Notes: a model not told the origin generated them from the letters alone. A DNA stretch of 64,000 nucleotides from Eubacteriales bacterium (GCA_041653135.1 JBAZGB010000003.1:421-64420), one strand, 5' to 3'. Shown: positions 18,192 through 29,074, numbered from the stretch's first letter. A program made the numbers and translations.

Positions 18192-18551
18192 TTATTGTTT
18201 TTTATCTGGTTGCGTGGTTATGATCCGGGATTCGCCGGACTTAACCAAACCCAATTTCTCCCTTGCCATCTGTTCAATATATTGATCTGACTGGACATGT
18301 TTTAACTGCTCGTGCATTTCAAGGTTCTTTTCCTTAAGCTCGTCCACCTTTTTTTGGACTTCCCTCATCTCGTCCTGCATTGTATAGAGCTTTTTAAACT
18401 GCAGCGTAAAGGAGGCAACCAGGTAGATCAACAGGACAATAAGTATTAAAGACGACAGTTTGCTGATCGAAAAACGAAAGGTCTTTTTCTGTTCGGAAAG
18501 GATTTTACGTGAGCTGTTTTCTCTTTTCTGCCGGCGGACGGGTGAGATCAA
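18192..18551 (-). CDS. divIC: Septum formation initiator (DivIC/FtsB family)
   Basis: Single TM, coiled coil, YIEQMAREKLGLVK.GE motif. Confidence 0.9.
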   Translation of the reverse strand: MISPVRRQKRENSSRKILSEQKKTFRFSISKLSSLILIVLLIYLVASFTLQFKKLYTMQDEMREVQKKVDELKEKNLEMHEQLKHVQSDQYIEQMAREKLGLVKSGESRIITTQPDKKQ

Positions 18552-18778
18552 GATTCCCTTTCCTCCTCATCTACACCAAAAATCCCCAGGTTTCCGTGGA
18601 TTACTATAACTACCTCATAACCCTTATTGCGGGCACGGTTAAACAATGTTGCCACTGTACTGCCGCTTAAGCGAAGTTTTTGAGCAACCTGCTCATTTGA
18701 ATGCCCCATTTCCTTCAGCACAACTACTTGCCGTTCGCGAAAACTCAGTTTCTCAACGCCCCGAATTTCTATTTGCAA
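18548..18778 (-). CDS. Small sigma-70 region-4-type HTH protein
   Basis: LSFRERQVVVLKEMGHSNEQVAQKL HTH; stop overlaps the divIC start (TTGA). Confidence 0.8.
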   Translation of the reverse strand: MQIEIRGVEKLSFRERQVVVLKEMGHSNEQVAQKLRLSGSTVATLFNRARNKGYEVVIVIHGNLGIFGVDEEERES

Positions 18779-18869
18779 AGGATATTACCCCGGCTGTCCA
18801 CAAGAATTGTACAAGTTGTTGACATTTTAATTTTATAATTCTTTATTTGATAATAAAATCCTTCTCCAA

Positions 18870-19235
18870 TTAGAAAAAATATTTACGAACCTTTTTGAAC
18901 ATTTTTACAAAATACCGGATGCCAGAAACAGGCAGTGAAAAAATTCTGCAAAACAACGCATAAAAAAAACGGCTTAAAAGCTTTGAATATAACAAAACAC
19001 CAAGGGCTAATCCCATAAGAACATAAAAGCGCACTTCACCCTGGTTCGCCAGAAGAAGAAGAGTCAGAGCCGCTGCGGTAAACAACAACCAAAAAATGAG
19101 GTCGCCTAAGAAAACAGTTCTTCTTTTAATATATAAAACCCGGCCGCAAGCCCTGTAAAAATCGTAAAGCGCTCCAGCCAGGAGGCCGATTCCAATAATA
19201 CAGGCAAAGGTGAATAAACTTTCATCCAAGGCCAT
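18870..19235 (-). CDS. yabQ: Spore cortex protein YabQ
   Basis: GLLAGALYDFYR, DLIFW, NQGEVRFY motifs; follows yabP. Confidence 0.88.
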   Translation of the reverse strand: MALDESLFTFACIIGIGLLAGALYDFYRACGRVLYIKRRTVFLGDLIFWLLFTAAALTLLLLANQGEVRFYVLMGLALGVLLYSKLLSRFFYALFCRIFSLPVSGIRYFVKMFKKVRKYFF

Positions 19236-19247
19236 TTTTTGCCACCA

Positions 19248-19532
19248 TCACTTGCTTAAGCGGCCGAATATCTTGTTCTTCCCCTGGGACCTCTGCATGG
19301 CTTTGGATTTTTCCCTGAACTGGATTACCGCAAAAAAACCCTGCGCGGTAAGTGTGCCCTTTTCAAGGTCAAGCTGGGTTATGCTTAAGCCTTCCCCTTT
19401 GAGAGACAAAATGCCCATATTGGTATCCAGCATAATCTCATCATCGTTGAACTTTTCTACATGCTGAACACCTGTAAGCGCCAGATTTTTCCGGTCTGTA
19501 AGCATCACTTTATTTCCGGCCTGTTCTTCCAT
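19248..19532 (-). CDS. yabP: Sporulation protein YabP
   Basis: LTDRKNLALTGV..VE.F.D.EI.L.T.MG.L..KG..L motif. Confidence 0.92.
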   Translation of the reverse strand: MEEQAGNKVMLTDRKNLALTGVQHVEKFNDDEIMLDTNMGILSLKGEGLSITQLDLEKGTLTAQGFFAVIQFREKSKAMQRSQGKNKIFGRLSK

Positions 19533-19594
19533 TTTAACCTTCCCCTTACCGAAATTTATATATTCTTATGCCTTAAAGAAGGGGAAATATGCGC

Positions 19595-19623
19595 AAAAAA
19601 AAAGTGGCCGTTCGGCCACTTTG
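19595..19623 (-). terminator. Intrinsic terminator
   Basis: aaagtggccg-tt-cggccacttt with a long U run on the minus strand. Confidence 0.8.
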
Positions 19624-20583
19624 TTATTCCCAGAGTTTGCGAATTTGTATATCCCTATAGTAAAAACTTACAATGTCTTCAGGTGATGAACCTTTCTCAG
19701 CCAGCTTTTTAGCCCCCCACTGACACATCCCTACCCCATGCCCGAACCCTCTTCCACTAAGGACCAACGAGCCTTCTTTAACCGCAACGCCGGTAAGTAA
19801 AGTGGAACGCATCAGATCACTGCCTACGGCAAGCCGCAGAGCAGGCGCGCTAACCGTAACGTTTCCGAGCTGCAACTGCTCAACTCTTCCGGAAGGACCC
19901 CGTTTTACGACTCTTACAGATTCAATAGCCCCGGCATCTTTCCCGGTTACTTTTTTCACCGCCCGGCGAACCTGTTCGATCGGTATCCGCTTTTCCCACA
20001 GGCGATTCTCAGGCTTTGTGATAGACAGGCAGTTATCTTTCACTCCAGCTTTTACGTAGGGAGTTGGCGTTTTAGTATAACCGAGCCCCTCGGCCGCGGA
20101 GGCTGTAACCCCTCCATCACAGGCATTAAACCAGGCTTTAATGTACTGACCATTATAAGTGACCACTTTACCGCGGGTAAGTTTCACAGCCTGGCGCACG
20201 CGATCGTTTATCCTTGAAGTATTATAGGCCTGAGATTCCTGAATATCAGTAGATACATCGGTACCGTGCAGTTGACGCACCCGACCGCTTTGGATGTTTT
20301 CCATCGTAAAGGTCCTTGCCAGGATTGCCTGAGCTGCAAGGGCATTTACCGGCCAGGCGGGTTCCATTTCCGCCGCCACTACGCCGGCTACATAATCCTC
20401 AAGCTTAATTTGTTTTTTTTGCCCTGTCTCGCTTATGTAAATCGAAATAGTTGGCTCTTTTCGCGGGGCGCCAGGAACCGGTTTACGTGAAACCTGGCGG
20501 GCACACGCCGTCACCGAAAGACAAAGTATAAAACCGACAACCAGCATCCCAGTGAACCGCTGCTTCAATTTTTTCCCCTCCAT
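19624..20583 (-). CDS. SpoIID/LytB-domain lipoprotein
   Basis: Lipobox-like VTAC; LEDYVAGVVAAEM, ALAAQAILART, GFGHGVGMCQWGA. Confidence 0.92.
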   Translation of the reverse strand: MEGKKLKQRFTGMLVVGFILCLSVTACARQVSRKPVPGAPRKEPTISIYISETGQKKQIKLEDYVAGVVAAEMEPAWPVNALAAQAILARTFTMENIQSGRVRQLHGTDVSTDIQESQAYNTSRINDRVRQAVKLTRGKVVTYNGQYIKAWFNACDGGVTASAAEGLGYTKTPTPYVKAGVKDNCLSITKPENRLWEKRIPIEQVRRAVKKVTGKDAGAIESVRVVKRGPSGRVEQLQLGNVTVSAPALRLAVGSDLMRSTLLTGVAVKEGSLVLSGRGFGHGVGMCQWGAKKLAEKGSSPEDIVSFYYRDIQIRKLWE

Positions 20584-20973
20584 ATACTAATTGAGTGTTT
20601 TTATTCTTAACCTGGCGGGAAAATAATATGTGCTCACTGGAAGGTATCTTAACACCTCCTGCCAGCTTTTTCCGCTTAAAAAGATAACCTTTCCTATTAA
20701 AATTGTCCTTCTTAAAATAGTCCTTCAAGTAAAGGACATTTTTTGGGCAAGGCGCCCTCACTTAAGGTATCTTTTTAGGGGCAATTTTAAAGACTAAACA
20801 AGCACACCATCCCTCATAACACACCACCTCCTATAATGGTATATATTGTTAATTATAGCATTAACAGGCAAGTATTGTAGTAAGCTCAGAAAGTCAATGA
20901 GTGACCTTGGACGAACAAAAAAAAAAGAAGATAACCAGATATCTTCCAATAGCTCTTAATTACTATTGAGAAC

Positions 20974-21000
20974 AATAAAAGGGGACCTTTAAAGGCCCCT
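20974..21000 (-). terminator. Intrinsic terminator
   Basis: agggg(a)ccttt/aaaggcccct plus TTTTATT. Confidence 0.7.
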
Positions 21001-21277
21001 ACAGGTAATCTTCTTGTTCGCTTCCTATTTTCCTGTCCTCAAGGACTTTGTACATTTGAAAAACCAGCTTGGCAGGCATACTTTCCGCCAACACGCAGAC
21101 TTCCACCTTAAGCCGGCGCCGTCCCAAGCTAATCTCAATGATATCACCGGGTTTAACATCGGCGCCTGCTTTTGCCGCACGCCCATTTATGCTGACCAGT
21201 CCCCGGTCACATACTTCCTTGGCTATTGTTCTTCTTTTGATCAACCGGGAAACTTTCAAGTATTTATCTACCCGCAC
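20999..21277 (-). CDS. yabO: S4-domain RNA-binding protein (YabO/RqcP)
   Basis: MRVDKYLKVSRLIKRRTIAKEVCDRG signature. Confidence 0.95.
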   Translation of the reverse strand: MRVDKYLKVSRLIKRRTIAKEVCDRGLVSINGRAAKAGADVKPGDIIEISLGRRRLKVEVCVLAESMPAKLVFQMYKVLEDRKIGSEQEDYL

Positions 21278-21322
21278 AATATCACCAAAAAAATGAAAAT
21301 GATTCTAAAAAATGTTTTTAAA

Positions 21323-21595
21323 TCAGGAAATTACTTCTCTTAACGATTTTCCAGCCTTAAACACAGGCACACGGGTAGCGGCGATGTCAATTTCCTGCCC
21401 TGTCTGAGGATTGCGGCCCTTACGGGCGGCACGCTCTCTGATCTCAAACGTCCCGAACCCTACCAGCTGAACCCTATCACCCTTTACCAGGGCTTCTTCG
21501 ACAGTTTCAATCAGGGCTGAAACTGCCTTCTCTGCATCTTTTTTAGTAAGATCCGATTTTTCAGCTACCTGTGCAATTAGTTCTGCCTTGTTCAT
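21323..21595 (-). CDS. hup: DNA-binding protein HU
   Basis: [11 protein letters not shown]...[22 protein letters not shown]; start placed at the ATG at 21595. Confidence 0.97.
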   Translation of the reverse strand: MNKAELIAQVAEKSDLTKKDAEKAVSALIETVEEALVKGDRVQLVGFGTFEIRERAARKGRNPQTGQEIDIAATRVPVFKAGKSLREVIS

Positions 21596-21645
21596 AAATA
21601 CCCCCCTCATTGGATTTTGGTATGTTTTATTATTCGCTATATTTA

Positions 21646-23199
21646 TTACAAGTTCCTTCCGCCAAGAAAATAATTCCTACTTTTTTTATTTTTTTCAACC
21701 TTTTTTGCTTCTTCCCACCAAACGTCCAACTCATCCAGGGAGAATTCGGAGACCTTTTTGTTGTTGATCCGGGCTTTTTCCTCAATATAATGGAAGCGGT
21801 TGATGAATCTGTTTACCGTTCCGGAAAGAGCTGTTTCCGCATCAACTCCAAGTAGGCGGGAGACATTTGTCAGGGCAAAAAACAAGTCTCCAACTTCCGC
21901 CTCCACCTCTTCAGGAACGTTTTCTGCGATTGCCAGGGTCAGTTCTTTTAATTCCTCTTTAACCTTTTTCATCGCCCCGCTGTAATCGGTCCAGTCAAAC
22001 CCGACTTTAGACGCCCTGGCTTGTACATCATCCGCCCGCAAAATAGCCGGGAGGTATTTGGGAACATCGTCTAAAATTGAATCCCGGGGGATTATTTTTT
22101 TCTCCCTGTTTTTGATCGCTTCCCAGTTCGATTCCACTTCAGAACTGTCCGCCACTATAACATTGCCAAATACATGGGGATGTCTTTCAATCATTTTTTT
22201 AATAATCCCGGCGATTACATCATTAAGATCGAAAGCGCCTTCTTCCCTGCCAAGTTGGGAATGAAAAACAATTTGCAGTAATAAGTCTCCCAGTTCCTCA
22301 CATATTTTATACACATCTTCCTGTTCTATAGCGTCAACAACCTCGTATGACTCCTCCAGGACATATTTCCGCAGACTCCTGTGTGTCTGCTCCCTGTCCC
22401 AGGGACAACCTTTCTCAGAACGCAGGATCTCCATTATTTCAACAAGCCGGTCCATCGGGTAACGGGCTTTTACCGTTCCCGAACCGGGCGGCAGATAAAT
22501 ACTGGTCAGGTGATCTATCCAGTCAAGGCGGTCTATCCTGTACAAAGGGTGTTCTTCAATCCTTTGAAGACCAGGGACTCCTGCGGCCCTGACAATAACG
22601 GCCTTGTAATCAGGCGGATAGCTTTCCATTAAAACCAGCTTGATATCTGAGGCGACAAGACGGTTGTATACCTGAAGTATTATATTTCCTATATTTGGCT
22701 GGGGGAGTTTTCCTTTGAAAGAGGAACCGTCCAGGATAAGAAGCCCTTCTGAAGGGTCAATGCCCAGGGCGGCTATTATGGCGTCAAGAAAGCTCATCGC
22801 CGGCAGAACGTCAACGTCCAGGTTTAACGAAGCCGCTTCTTTAATAATCAGCGCAACTGTTTCTTCCGCAACAAACGGGTTGCCCGGCACGGCGTAAATA
22901 ACAGCCCCCCGGCCGGCCTGCTCAAGCACACTGGAAGCTATTTGTTTATAAACATCCTGAAAGTTAGTTCCAGCTTCGTACAAGTTATCGAAAGTAGTGA
23001 AATCAATCCCCTGTTTTTTTAACCACGGCACAACAGGATGATCCCCTGTACGAAGGAGTACCCGCTCGCCCTGCTTCAAAGCCTCCCATACCATCAGGGG
23101 AATTTGCCCGGGGCTTCCGGGGCCCAATCCCACAATTGTTATTGGGACCTTTTGTTTAAATGGTGTTTGGTCCTCCCTTTGGCAAGACGCCGAAGACAT
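21646..23199 (-). CDS. mazG: Tetrapyrrole-methylase/MazG fusion protein (YabN)
   Basis: IVGLGPG methylase-like N-domain; [26 protein letters not shown]. Start is uncertain (23199 or further downstream). Confidence 0.93.
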   Translation of the reverse strand: MSSASCQREDQTPFKQKVPITIVGLGPGSPGQIPLMVWEALKQGERVLLRTGDHPVVPWLKKQGIDFTTFDNLYEAGTNFQDVYKQIASSVLEQAGRGAVIYAVPGNPFVAEETVALIIKEAASLNLDVDVLPAMSFLDAIIAALGIDPSEGLLILDGSSFKGKLPQPNIGNIILQVYNRLVASDIKLVLMESYPPDYKAVIVRAAGVPGLQRIEEHPLYRIDRLDWIDHLTSIYLPPGSGTVKARYPMDRLVEIMEILRSEKGCPWDREQTHRSLRKYVLEESYEVVDAIEQEDVYKICEELGDLLLQIVFHSQLGREEGAFDLNDVIAGIIKKMIERHPHVFGNVIVADSSEVESNWEAIKNREKKIIPRDSILDDVPKYLPAILRADDVQARASKVGFDWTDYSGAMKKVKEELKELTLAIAENVPEEVEAEVGDLFFALTNVSRLLGVDAETALSGTVNRFINRFHYIEEKARINNKKVSEFSLDELDVWWEEAKKVEKNKKSRNYFLGGRNL

Positions 23200-23310
23200 T
23201 ATTCTTATTTTCTCTCCTCTGACCTCAAAAGAAGGTTTTTGGCAACATTCCTTCTCTAACATACGACTTACTTGACGGTAAGTAGTTATTTGGTCGTTTA
23301 AAATGATATT

Positions 23311-23336
23311 AAAAAGTGGCCTCCGGCCACCTTTTT
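23311..23336 (-). terminator. Intrinsic terminator after spoVT
   Basis: aaaagtggcc-tcc-ggccac(c)tttt, with A/T runs on both sides. Confidence 0.75.
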
Positions 23337-23895
23337 ATTGTTCCATTTGTTTGGCTAAAAACCCGGCTGCCGTTTCCGCCAGTTTCAGCTCCAGTTCACC
23401 CATTCTTTTCTCCGGTTCTTTTGAGGCCAGAATTACAGCCCCAATCGGATCTCCACCACAAATAATCGGCGCGATTACTTCCGAAGAATATTTGCATTCA
23501 CCATTATCTATAATCATACATTCTTTACAAAACGGATCATCTCCGGGGTTGTTAATCACCACTGTCCTGCGCCCTTCCATAGCCTTTTCAAGAGCAGGGC
23601 CAATCGGCTTGTTAAGATACTCTTTTTTAGGAGCGCCTGCAGCAGCAATTATCGTATCCCGGTCAGCGATACAGGTAATATGCCCTAAAGCTTCATAAAG
23701 TGAATCGGCATATTCTTTGGCAAAGTCCCCTAACTCTCCAATGGGTGAATATTTTTTTAGGATCACTTCACCTTCCCTGTCAACAAAAATCTCCAAAGGA
23801 TCGCCCTCACGGATACGTAAGGTTCTGCGGATTTCTTTGGGGATTACCACTCGACCCAAATCATCAATACGACGGACAATACCAGTTGCTTTCAC
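23335..23895 (-). CDS. spoVT: Stage V sporulation protein T
   Basis: MKATGIVRRIDDLGRVVIPKEIRRT AbrB domain plus GAF domain. Confidence 0.97.
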   Translation of the reverse strand: MKATGIVRRIDDLGRVVIPKEIRRTLRIREGDPLEIFVDREGEVILKKYSPIGELGDFAKEYADSLYEALGHITCIADRDTIIAAAGAPKKEYLNKPIGPALEKAMEGRRTVVINNPGDDPFCKECMIIDNGECKYSSEVIAPIICGGDPIGAVILASKEPEKRMGELELKLAETAAGFLAKQMEQ

Positions 23896-23946
23896 GGATC
23901 ACCCTCCCTCCTTGTTTTTTAAAACTGAGCAAAGATCCTTTATTGA

Positions 23947-23976
23947 TAGTATATAACAAGGGAAAGAAGGTTATTC
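23947..23976 (-). promoter_or_regulatory. SigG/SigF-type promoter of spoVT
   Basis: GAATA-N18-TATACTA; spoVT is forespore-sigma controlled in B. subtilis. Confidence 0.6.
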
Positions 23977-24110
23977 ATTTTTTACCAGTACCTACGAAAT
24001 AATTTTCAGATTTCAAAAAATCCAATATTACTTGCTTTTTCAGCTGCTGCTCATATTCTAAATTATCCCTTAAGGTCAGGCAAGCTTTTATTTGACAAGC
24101 TTTTATTCGT

Positions 24111-27100
24111 TTACAAAAGACGTCGCAGAAAGTTTTCAATAAAGGCCAGGTAACTGACAGGCTCCAAAGGAGAAATCCTCGTTTTTAACCTGATTTCAAA
24201 ATCCTCGGAGTTATTGAACTTGACCTGGTTTTGATAATGACGGACAATAGCGACCAGTTTTTCACCGCTTAAAGAGTGCTGACTGTGAAACTGCATCCGG
24301 TAACCGCCTGCATGTCCGGTAAGGGCTTTTACCCCGGCCTGACTGGCCAATACTTTAGACTTTGTGATCATTAAAAGGTTGCGCACCGGCTCCGGTTGAT
24401 CCCCGTACCGGTCAACCAACTCTTCCTCCATGTCCAGTATTTCTTCCTCCCTGCGGAAGGACGCCAGACGCCGGTAGAGATCAATTTTTTGATCGGGGTC
24501 AGGGACATAGCTGCTTGGAATATAAGCCTCTACAGGCATTTCTACGGAAGTATCAACCGCATGCTGGACAGTTTCACCTTTGGCCTCAAGGACAGCCTCT
24601 TCCAACAAACGACAGTAAAGATCAAATCCGACCGCGGCAATATGGCCGTGCTGTTCAGACCCCAGTAAATTTCCGGCGCCGCGGATTTCCAAATCCTTCA
24701 TGGCTATTTTATATCCTGAACCGAACTCGGTAAATTCACGGATCGCCGCCAGCCTTTTTTCCGCAACTTCAGAAATAATCCGGTTCCTGGGAAAAGTAAA
24801 GTAAGCATAGGCCAGTTTGTTTGACCTGCCCACTCTGCCGCGAAGCTGGTATAACTGCGCAAGGCCAAGGTTCTGCGCATCCTTGACGATCAGTGTATTT
24901 ACATTCGGTATATCCATCCCGTTTTCAATAATCGTTGTACAAACCAAAACTTCATATTCGCAATTAACGAAATCAAACATTACCTGCTCCAATTCGTCCT
25001 CACGCATCTGGCCGTGGGCAACGGTAATCCTTGCCCCGGGAACCAGGCCCTGCAGCCAATGAGCGATGCTGTCAAGGTCAACAATCCTGTTATGCACAAA
25101 ATAAACCTGGCCTTTACGCCCAATCTCCCTGCGGATCGCCTCCCTGATCAGTACGGCGTCTTCTTCAAGAACATAGGTCTGAACAGGAAAACGGTTCTCC
25201 GGCGGGGTCTGGATTAAACTTGTGTCACGCACACCAACCATTGACATATGAAGAGTACGGGGAATTGGAGTGGCTGTCAGGGTAAGCACATCAACATTTT
25301 CCTTTATTTTTTTGAGCTTTTCTTTATGAGCGACCCCAAAACGCTGTTCCTCGTCGACTACAACAAGCCCCAAATCTTTAAAAACAATGTCTTCCTGAAC
25401 CAAACGGTGGGTCCCGATTACTATATCCACCTTACCGGAGGCTAAGGCGGAAATTACCTGCCTTTGCTCCTGGGCGGAACGAAACCTGCTGAGCATTTCG
25501 ACTGAAACCGGAAAACCGTTGAAGCGCTCCGTGAATGTATTGTAGTGCTGTTGGGCAAGAATAGTCGTGGGAACCAGTACGGCAACCTGCTTTCCCTCCG
25601 TCACCGCCTTGAAAGCAGCCCTTAAAGCAACCTCTGTTTTACCGTAGCCTACGTCGCCGCACAACAATCTGTCCATCGGCCTTACCTTTTCCATATCAGC
25701 TTTAACCTCCTCAACAGTTCTCAGCTGATCGGGGGTTTCTTCGTAAGGGAAAGAAGCCTCAAATTCCCGCTGCCAGATAGTGTCCGGATTGAAAGAGTGC
25801 CCGGGCAACTTTTGGCGTGCGGCATATAAAGCCAGCAGTTCACCTGCCATTTCACGAACGGCTTCTTTTACCCTTCCCTTGACACGGGACCACTCGCTCC
25901 CTCCCAAACGCGACAGCCTGGGGGTCTCCGCCTCTGCGCCAAGATATTTTTGGACGAGGCCTACCTGATCTGTGGGCACATACAGCCTGTCTTCCCCGGC
26001 GTACTGAACAAGCAGGTACTCCTTCTGAATACCTTCTATTTCCAGGGAAACCATCCCCTGATAACGGCCGATTCCATGATTTTGATGGACTACAAAGTCG
26101 CCAACCTTCAGATCGGCAAACGGTTCCGTATGTTTTGACCGCCTGCGCCGCTCCCTTTGATTTTTCACCGGGCGGCTGAAAATTTCATTTTCAGTAATTA
26201 CAGCCAGATTGGCGGAAACAAATTCAAACCCCTCGTTTAAAGCGCCTAATGATATTACAACCTGTCCCGGTTTTAATTCCTGGTTCAGGTTTTCTGTTGT
26301 AAAGGAGTTAATTCCAGCGTCAATTAAAGATTCCTGCAGACGAAGGGCGCTCTTTTTGCCTCCAACTACCAGGACGATTAAGTAACCCGTTTTAACGAAG
26401 TATTTTATTTCCTCAAAAAGAGTTTCCAAATGCCCGTGAAAAGCTCTTCTGCTCTTTGCAGTAAAAGACACTGTATTTTGGGAGATTTCCTCCTGTGATT
26501 GTCTTTGCAGCAAAGACAGGTAAATAACCCGGAAACGGCTTAAGGCTACTTCAACATACGGCCAGTCAACATAACCGTCCTGCTTCAGGGGAAGAACTTT
26601 CCCGTTAATCATCAGCTCCGTATAGATTTGTTCCCGTTCCCTGCCGATACTTTCAACAATTTCTTTTATTCTTACGGGGTCATCCATAAAAACGGGACAA
26701 TCTTCGTGCAGATAGTCAAACAGGGTTACAGGCCCGGGATAAAAATAAGGCAGCAGCTGCTCCCATTCCAAAGAATAAAAACCTTCCTGCAGTTGTTGGA
26801 TGACTGTTTCGGCAAACTCGACAAGGTTATCGCCCATTTCGCCGGTACCGGTCCGCTTATTTTTTTTCAACTGGTTATGGTAATCAGCTTCTATTCTTTT
26901 TAACGCCGCGGCTCTGATTCCTTCATTGGATACCAATTCCCTGGCGGCAAAGAAAGTTATTTCCTGAACGTTCTCTTCCGACCTCTGCGATTCCTGATCG
27001 AAAAGCCTGATCGAATCCACTTCTTCATCAAAGAATTCTATCCGGAAAGGGCGCTCGAAGTTCAATGGAAATATATCAATGATGCCGCCCCGGCTGCTGA

Positions 27101-27620
27101 ACTGACCCCTTCCCTCAACTAAATCGACATATTCATAGCCAAAGTTTAAAAGCCCGAGTTTGAGTTCCCTCAGGTCAACCTTTTCCCCTACCCTTATGCT
27201 GGTTCTAGTTTTCAGAAAGACATCCGGCGGGGATAGCCTTCTAAGCAGGGCTTCGACAGGGGAAACAACTACCATACTTTCCCCCTTGCCTAACGATTCC
27301 AAAACCTCCAGCCTCCGGGAAGGCGCTTCCTGGTCGTGGGCCAGCACTTGAAAGGGCAGCAGTTGCCAGGTAGGGAAATAACAAATCCGGGTATCCGGCA
27401 AAAAAGCGCCCAGTTCATCAACCAGAGCAATCGCTTCGGCATCCCCGGGTGTCACGACCAGTACCTGGCCCTTCTGCCGGCAGGCAACTCCCCCAATCAG
27501 AAAACTGCGCTGGGAGCCTGACAGGCCGGTAACTGTCTGACGTTTAAGCCGCTTGTCCAGACCCAGGCTTAAACTTTTAAATTGGTTCGTTTGAATTAAA
27601 GGATGGAACAATCCCTGCAT
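24111..27620 (-). CDS. mfd: Transcription-repair coupling factor
   Basis: UvrB-like N-terminus, CarD-like domain, GDVGYGKT, DEEQRFG, QLRGRVGRS, TRCF C-terminus. Confidence 0.98.
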   Translation of the reverse strand: MQGLFHPLIQTNQFKSLSLGLDKRLKRQTVTGLSGSQRSFLIGGVACRQKGQVLVVTPGDAEAIALVDELGAFLPDTRICYFPTWQLLPFQVLAHDQEAPSRRLEVLESLGKGESMVVVSPVEALLRRLSPPDVFLKTRTSIRVGEKVDLRELKLGLLNFGYEYVDLVEGRGQFSSRGGIIDIFPLNFERPFRIEFFDEEVDSIRLFDQESQRSEENVQEITFFAARELVSNEGIRAAALKRIEADYHNQLKKNKRTGTGEMGDNLVEFAETVIQQLQEGFYSLEWEQLLPYFYPGPVTLFDYLHEDCPVFMDDPVRIKEIVESIGREREQIYTELMINGKVLPLKQDGYVDWPYVEVALSRFRVIYLSLLQRQSQEEISQNTVSFTAKSRRAFHGHLETLFEEIKYFVKTGYLIVLVVGGKKSALRLQESLIDAGINSFTTENLNQELKPGQVVISLGALNEGFEFVSANLAVITENEIFSRPVKNQRERRRRSKHTEPFADLKVGDFVVHQNHGIGRYQGMVSLEIEGIQKEYLLVQYAGEDRLYVPTDQVGLVQKYLGAEAETPRLSRLGGSEWSRVKGRVKEAVREMAGELLALYAARQKLPGHSFNPDTIWQREFEASFPYEETPDQLRTVEEVKADMEKVRPMDRLLCGDVGYGKTEVALRAAFKAVTEGKQVAVLVPTTILAQQHYNTFTERFNGFPVSVEMLSRFRSAQEQRQVISALASGKVDIVIGTHRLVQEDIVFKDLGLVVVDEEQRFGVAHKEKLKKIKENVDVLTLTATPIPRTLHMSMVGVRDTSLIQTPPENRFPVQTYVLEEDAVLIREAIRREIGRKGQVYFVHNRIVDLDSIAHWLQGLVPGARITVAHGQMREDELEQVMFDFVNCEYEVLVCTTIIENGMDIPNVNTLIVKDAQNLGLAQLYQLRGRVGRSNKLAYAYFTFPRNRIISEVAEKRLAAIREFTEFGSGYKIAMKDLEIRGAGNLLGSEQHGHIAAVGFDLYCRLLEEAVLEAKGETVQHAVDTSVEMPVEAYIPSSYVPDPDQKIDLYRRLASFRREEEILDMEEELVDRYGDQPEPVRNLLMITKSKVLASQAGVKALTGHAGGYRMQFHSQHSLSGEKLVAIVRHYQNQVKFNNSEDFEIRLKTRISPLEPVSYLAFIENFLRRLL

Positions 27621-27918
27621 TTGATTACCTTTCAGCCTAAAAAGGCATTACAAAAAGAGTTTTAACAGGCTTATCTACTAAGGCACGCGCCAAAACAAGG
27701 ACAAAGAAGTACTTATCCCTTATCTATATTATAAATTATATTACCGGCAAAATGAAAGTGAACAGAATCTTAACCAATTTTATCTTGAGCTTTACCTGCA
27801 GTCAAGACAAACGTCCTGAAACTGGCTGTTTATGGTATCCGGTTATAAACCAGGCTGTTTTAATATATTATCGGTAAAATCTCCCTGTTTTATACCGTAT
27901 TGCGTTTTACAGGCTTGT

Positions 27919-27947
27919 TTGACTTAAATAAGCGCTTCTGATACCAT
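27919..27947 (+). promoter_or_regulatory. SigA promoter of purC
   Basis: TTGACT-N17-TACCAT with an extended -10 TG. Confidence 0.6.
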
Positions 27948-27980
27948 CAGGTAATAGACTTTTTAAATGAGGTGTGAATT

Positions 27981-29003
27981 TTGGGCAGCGTAAAAGACCT
28001 TACAGTTTGCACGCCGACTGTTAGAGATCGCAGCGGCGCCGGCATTTTTTCGTTTTCAGACCGGTACTCTGTTTTTGACTGGGGGGAAATGCCGGATCAA
28101 ATTGAAAACAAAGGCGCCTCCCTTTGCCTTGCAAGCGCATATTTTTTTGAACGGCTTCAGGAAAAAGGAATTAAAACACACTATCTTGGAATTATTGAAA
28201 ATGGAGAGGCAAAAAGGTTGTCTGAACTGTCAGGTCCATCCAATTCCATGAAAGTGAGCCTGTTCAGGGTTATCGAACCCGCTGTAAAAAACAATGAATA
28301 TGATTATTCGGCCTACCGTCTGGAGGGAGCCAATTTTCTTATTCCCCTTGAAATAATCTACCGGCGTTCGCTGCCGGAAGGTTCCAGTGTATTTAAAAGA
28401 ATAAAGGAAGGCGGCTTAAAACCTGAAGACCTCGGGTTAAAGGATTCGCCCGTTCCTGGTATGGTTTTCGAAAAACCTTTTCTTGACGTTTCAACCAAGC
28501 TGGAGGTAAGCGACCGCTATATCGACTGGAACACGGCAATGAAAATTGCCGGTCTGGATGATCGGGAAATCGAAGATATAAAGAGAATAACTATTTTCGT
28601 CAGTGAACTGATCACACAAGAAGCAGGCAGGCTGGGACTGAATAACGAAGACGGAAAAATCGAAATGGGATTTGACGAGAACAGAAAATTAACTGTTGTC
28701 GACGTATTGGGCACACTGGACGAATGCCGCTTTACCTTTCAGGGAGTCCCAGTCAGCAAAGAAATAGCAAGGATTTATTACAGAAATACAGATTGGTACC
28801 GCGGCATCGAGGAAGCCAAAAAAATAAATAACATAACCTGGAAAAATGATTTTCAAGTTATGCCCCCAAAACTTCCGTCAAGGCTGAAAGATCTCATCGG
28901 ACTTTTATACTGCGCCTTCGCCAACGAAATAACGGGCAGGGAATGGTTCCCAAACGTTCCCCCCTTAAAAGAAATCGTCCGCGAAGCAAGCGAGTTTATT
29001 TAA
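27981..29003 (+). CDS. purC: SAICAR synthetase, long form
   Basis: GSVKD, FSDRYSVFDWG..PD.I..KG, IPLEIIYR, STKLE, DGKIEMG, VDVLGTLDE motifs. Confidence 0.9.
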   Translation: MGSVKDLTVCTPTVRDRSGAGIFSFSDRYSVFDWGEMPDQIENKGASLCLASAYFFERLQEKGIKTHYLGIIENGEAKRLSELSGPSNSMKVSLFRVIEPAVKNNEYDYSAYRLEGANFLIPLEIIYRRSLPEGSSVFKRIKEGGLKPEDLGLKDSPVPGMVFEKPFLDVSTKLEVSDRYIDWNTAMKIAGLDDREIEDIKRITIFVSELITQEAGRLGLNNEDGKIEMGFDENRKLTVVDVLGTLDECRFTFQGVPVSKEIARIYYRNTDWYRGIEEAKKINNITWKNDFQVMPPKLPSRLKDLIGLLYCAFANEITGREWFPNVPPLKEIVREASEFI

Positions 29004-29074
29004 AAAAAATTCAGTTCCGGACAGGCACGCTTTTAAAGCCATCTCCATATTATTAAATACATTTTAATAATATT

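Noticed and set aside
20794-20796. Pyrrolysine read-through of the TAG in the 7-aa ORF
   Set aside because: No pyl genes in the window, and the frame stops again after 11 codons.
27621-27980. Purine riboswitch or PurR box before purC
   Set aside because: The promoter lies ~30 nt from the start codon, leaving no room, and no consensus was seen.
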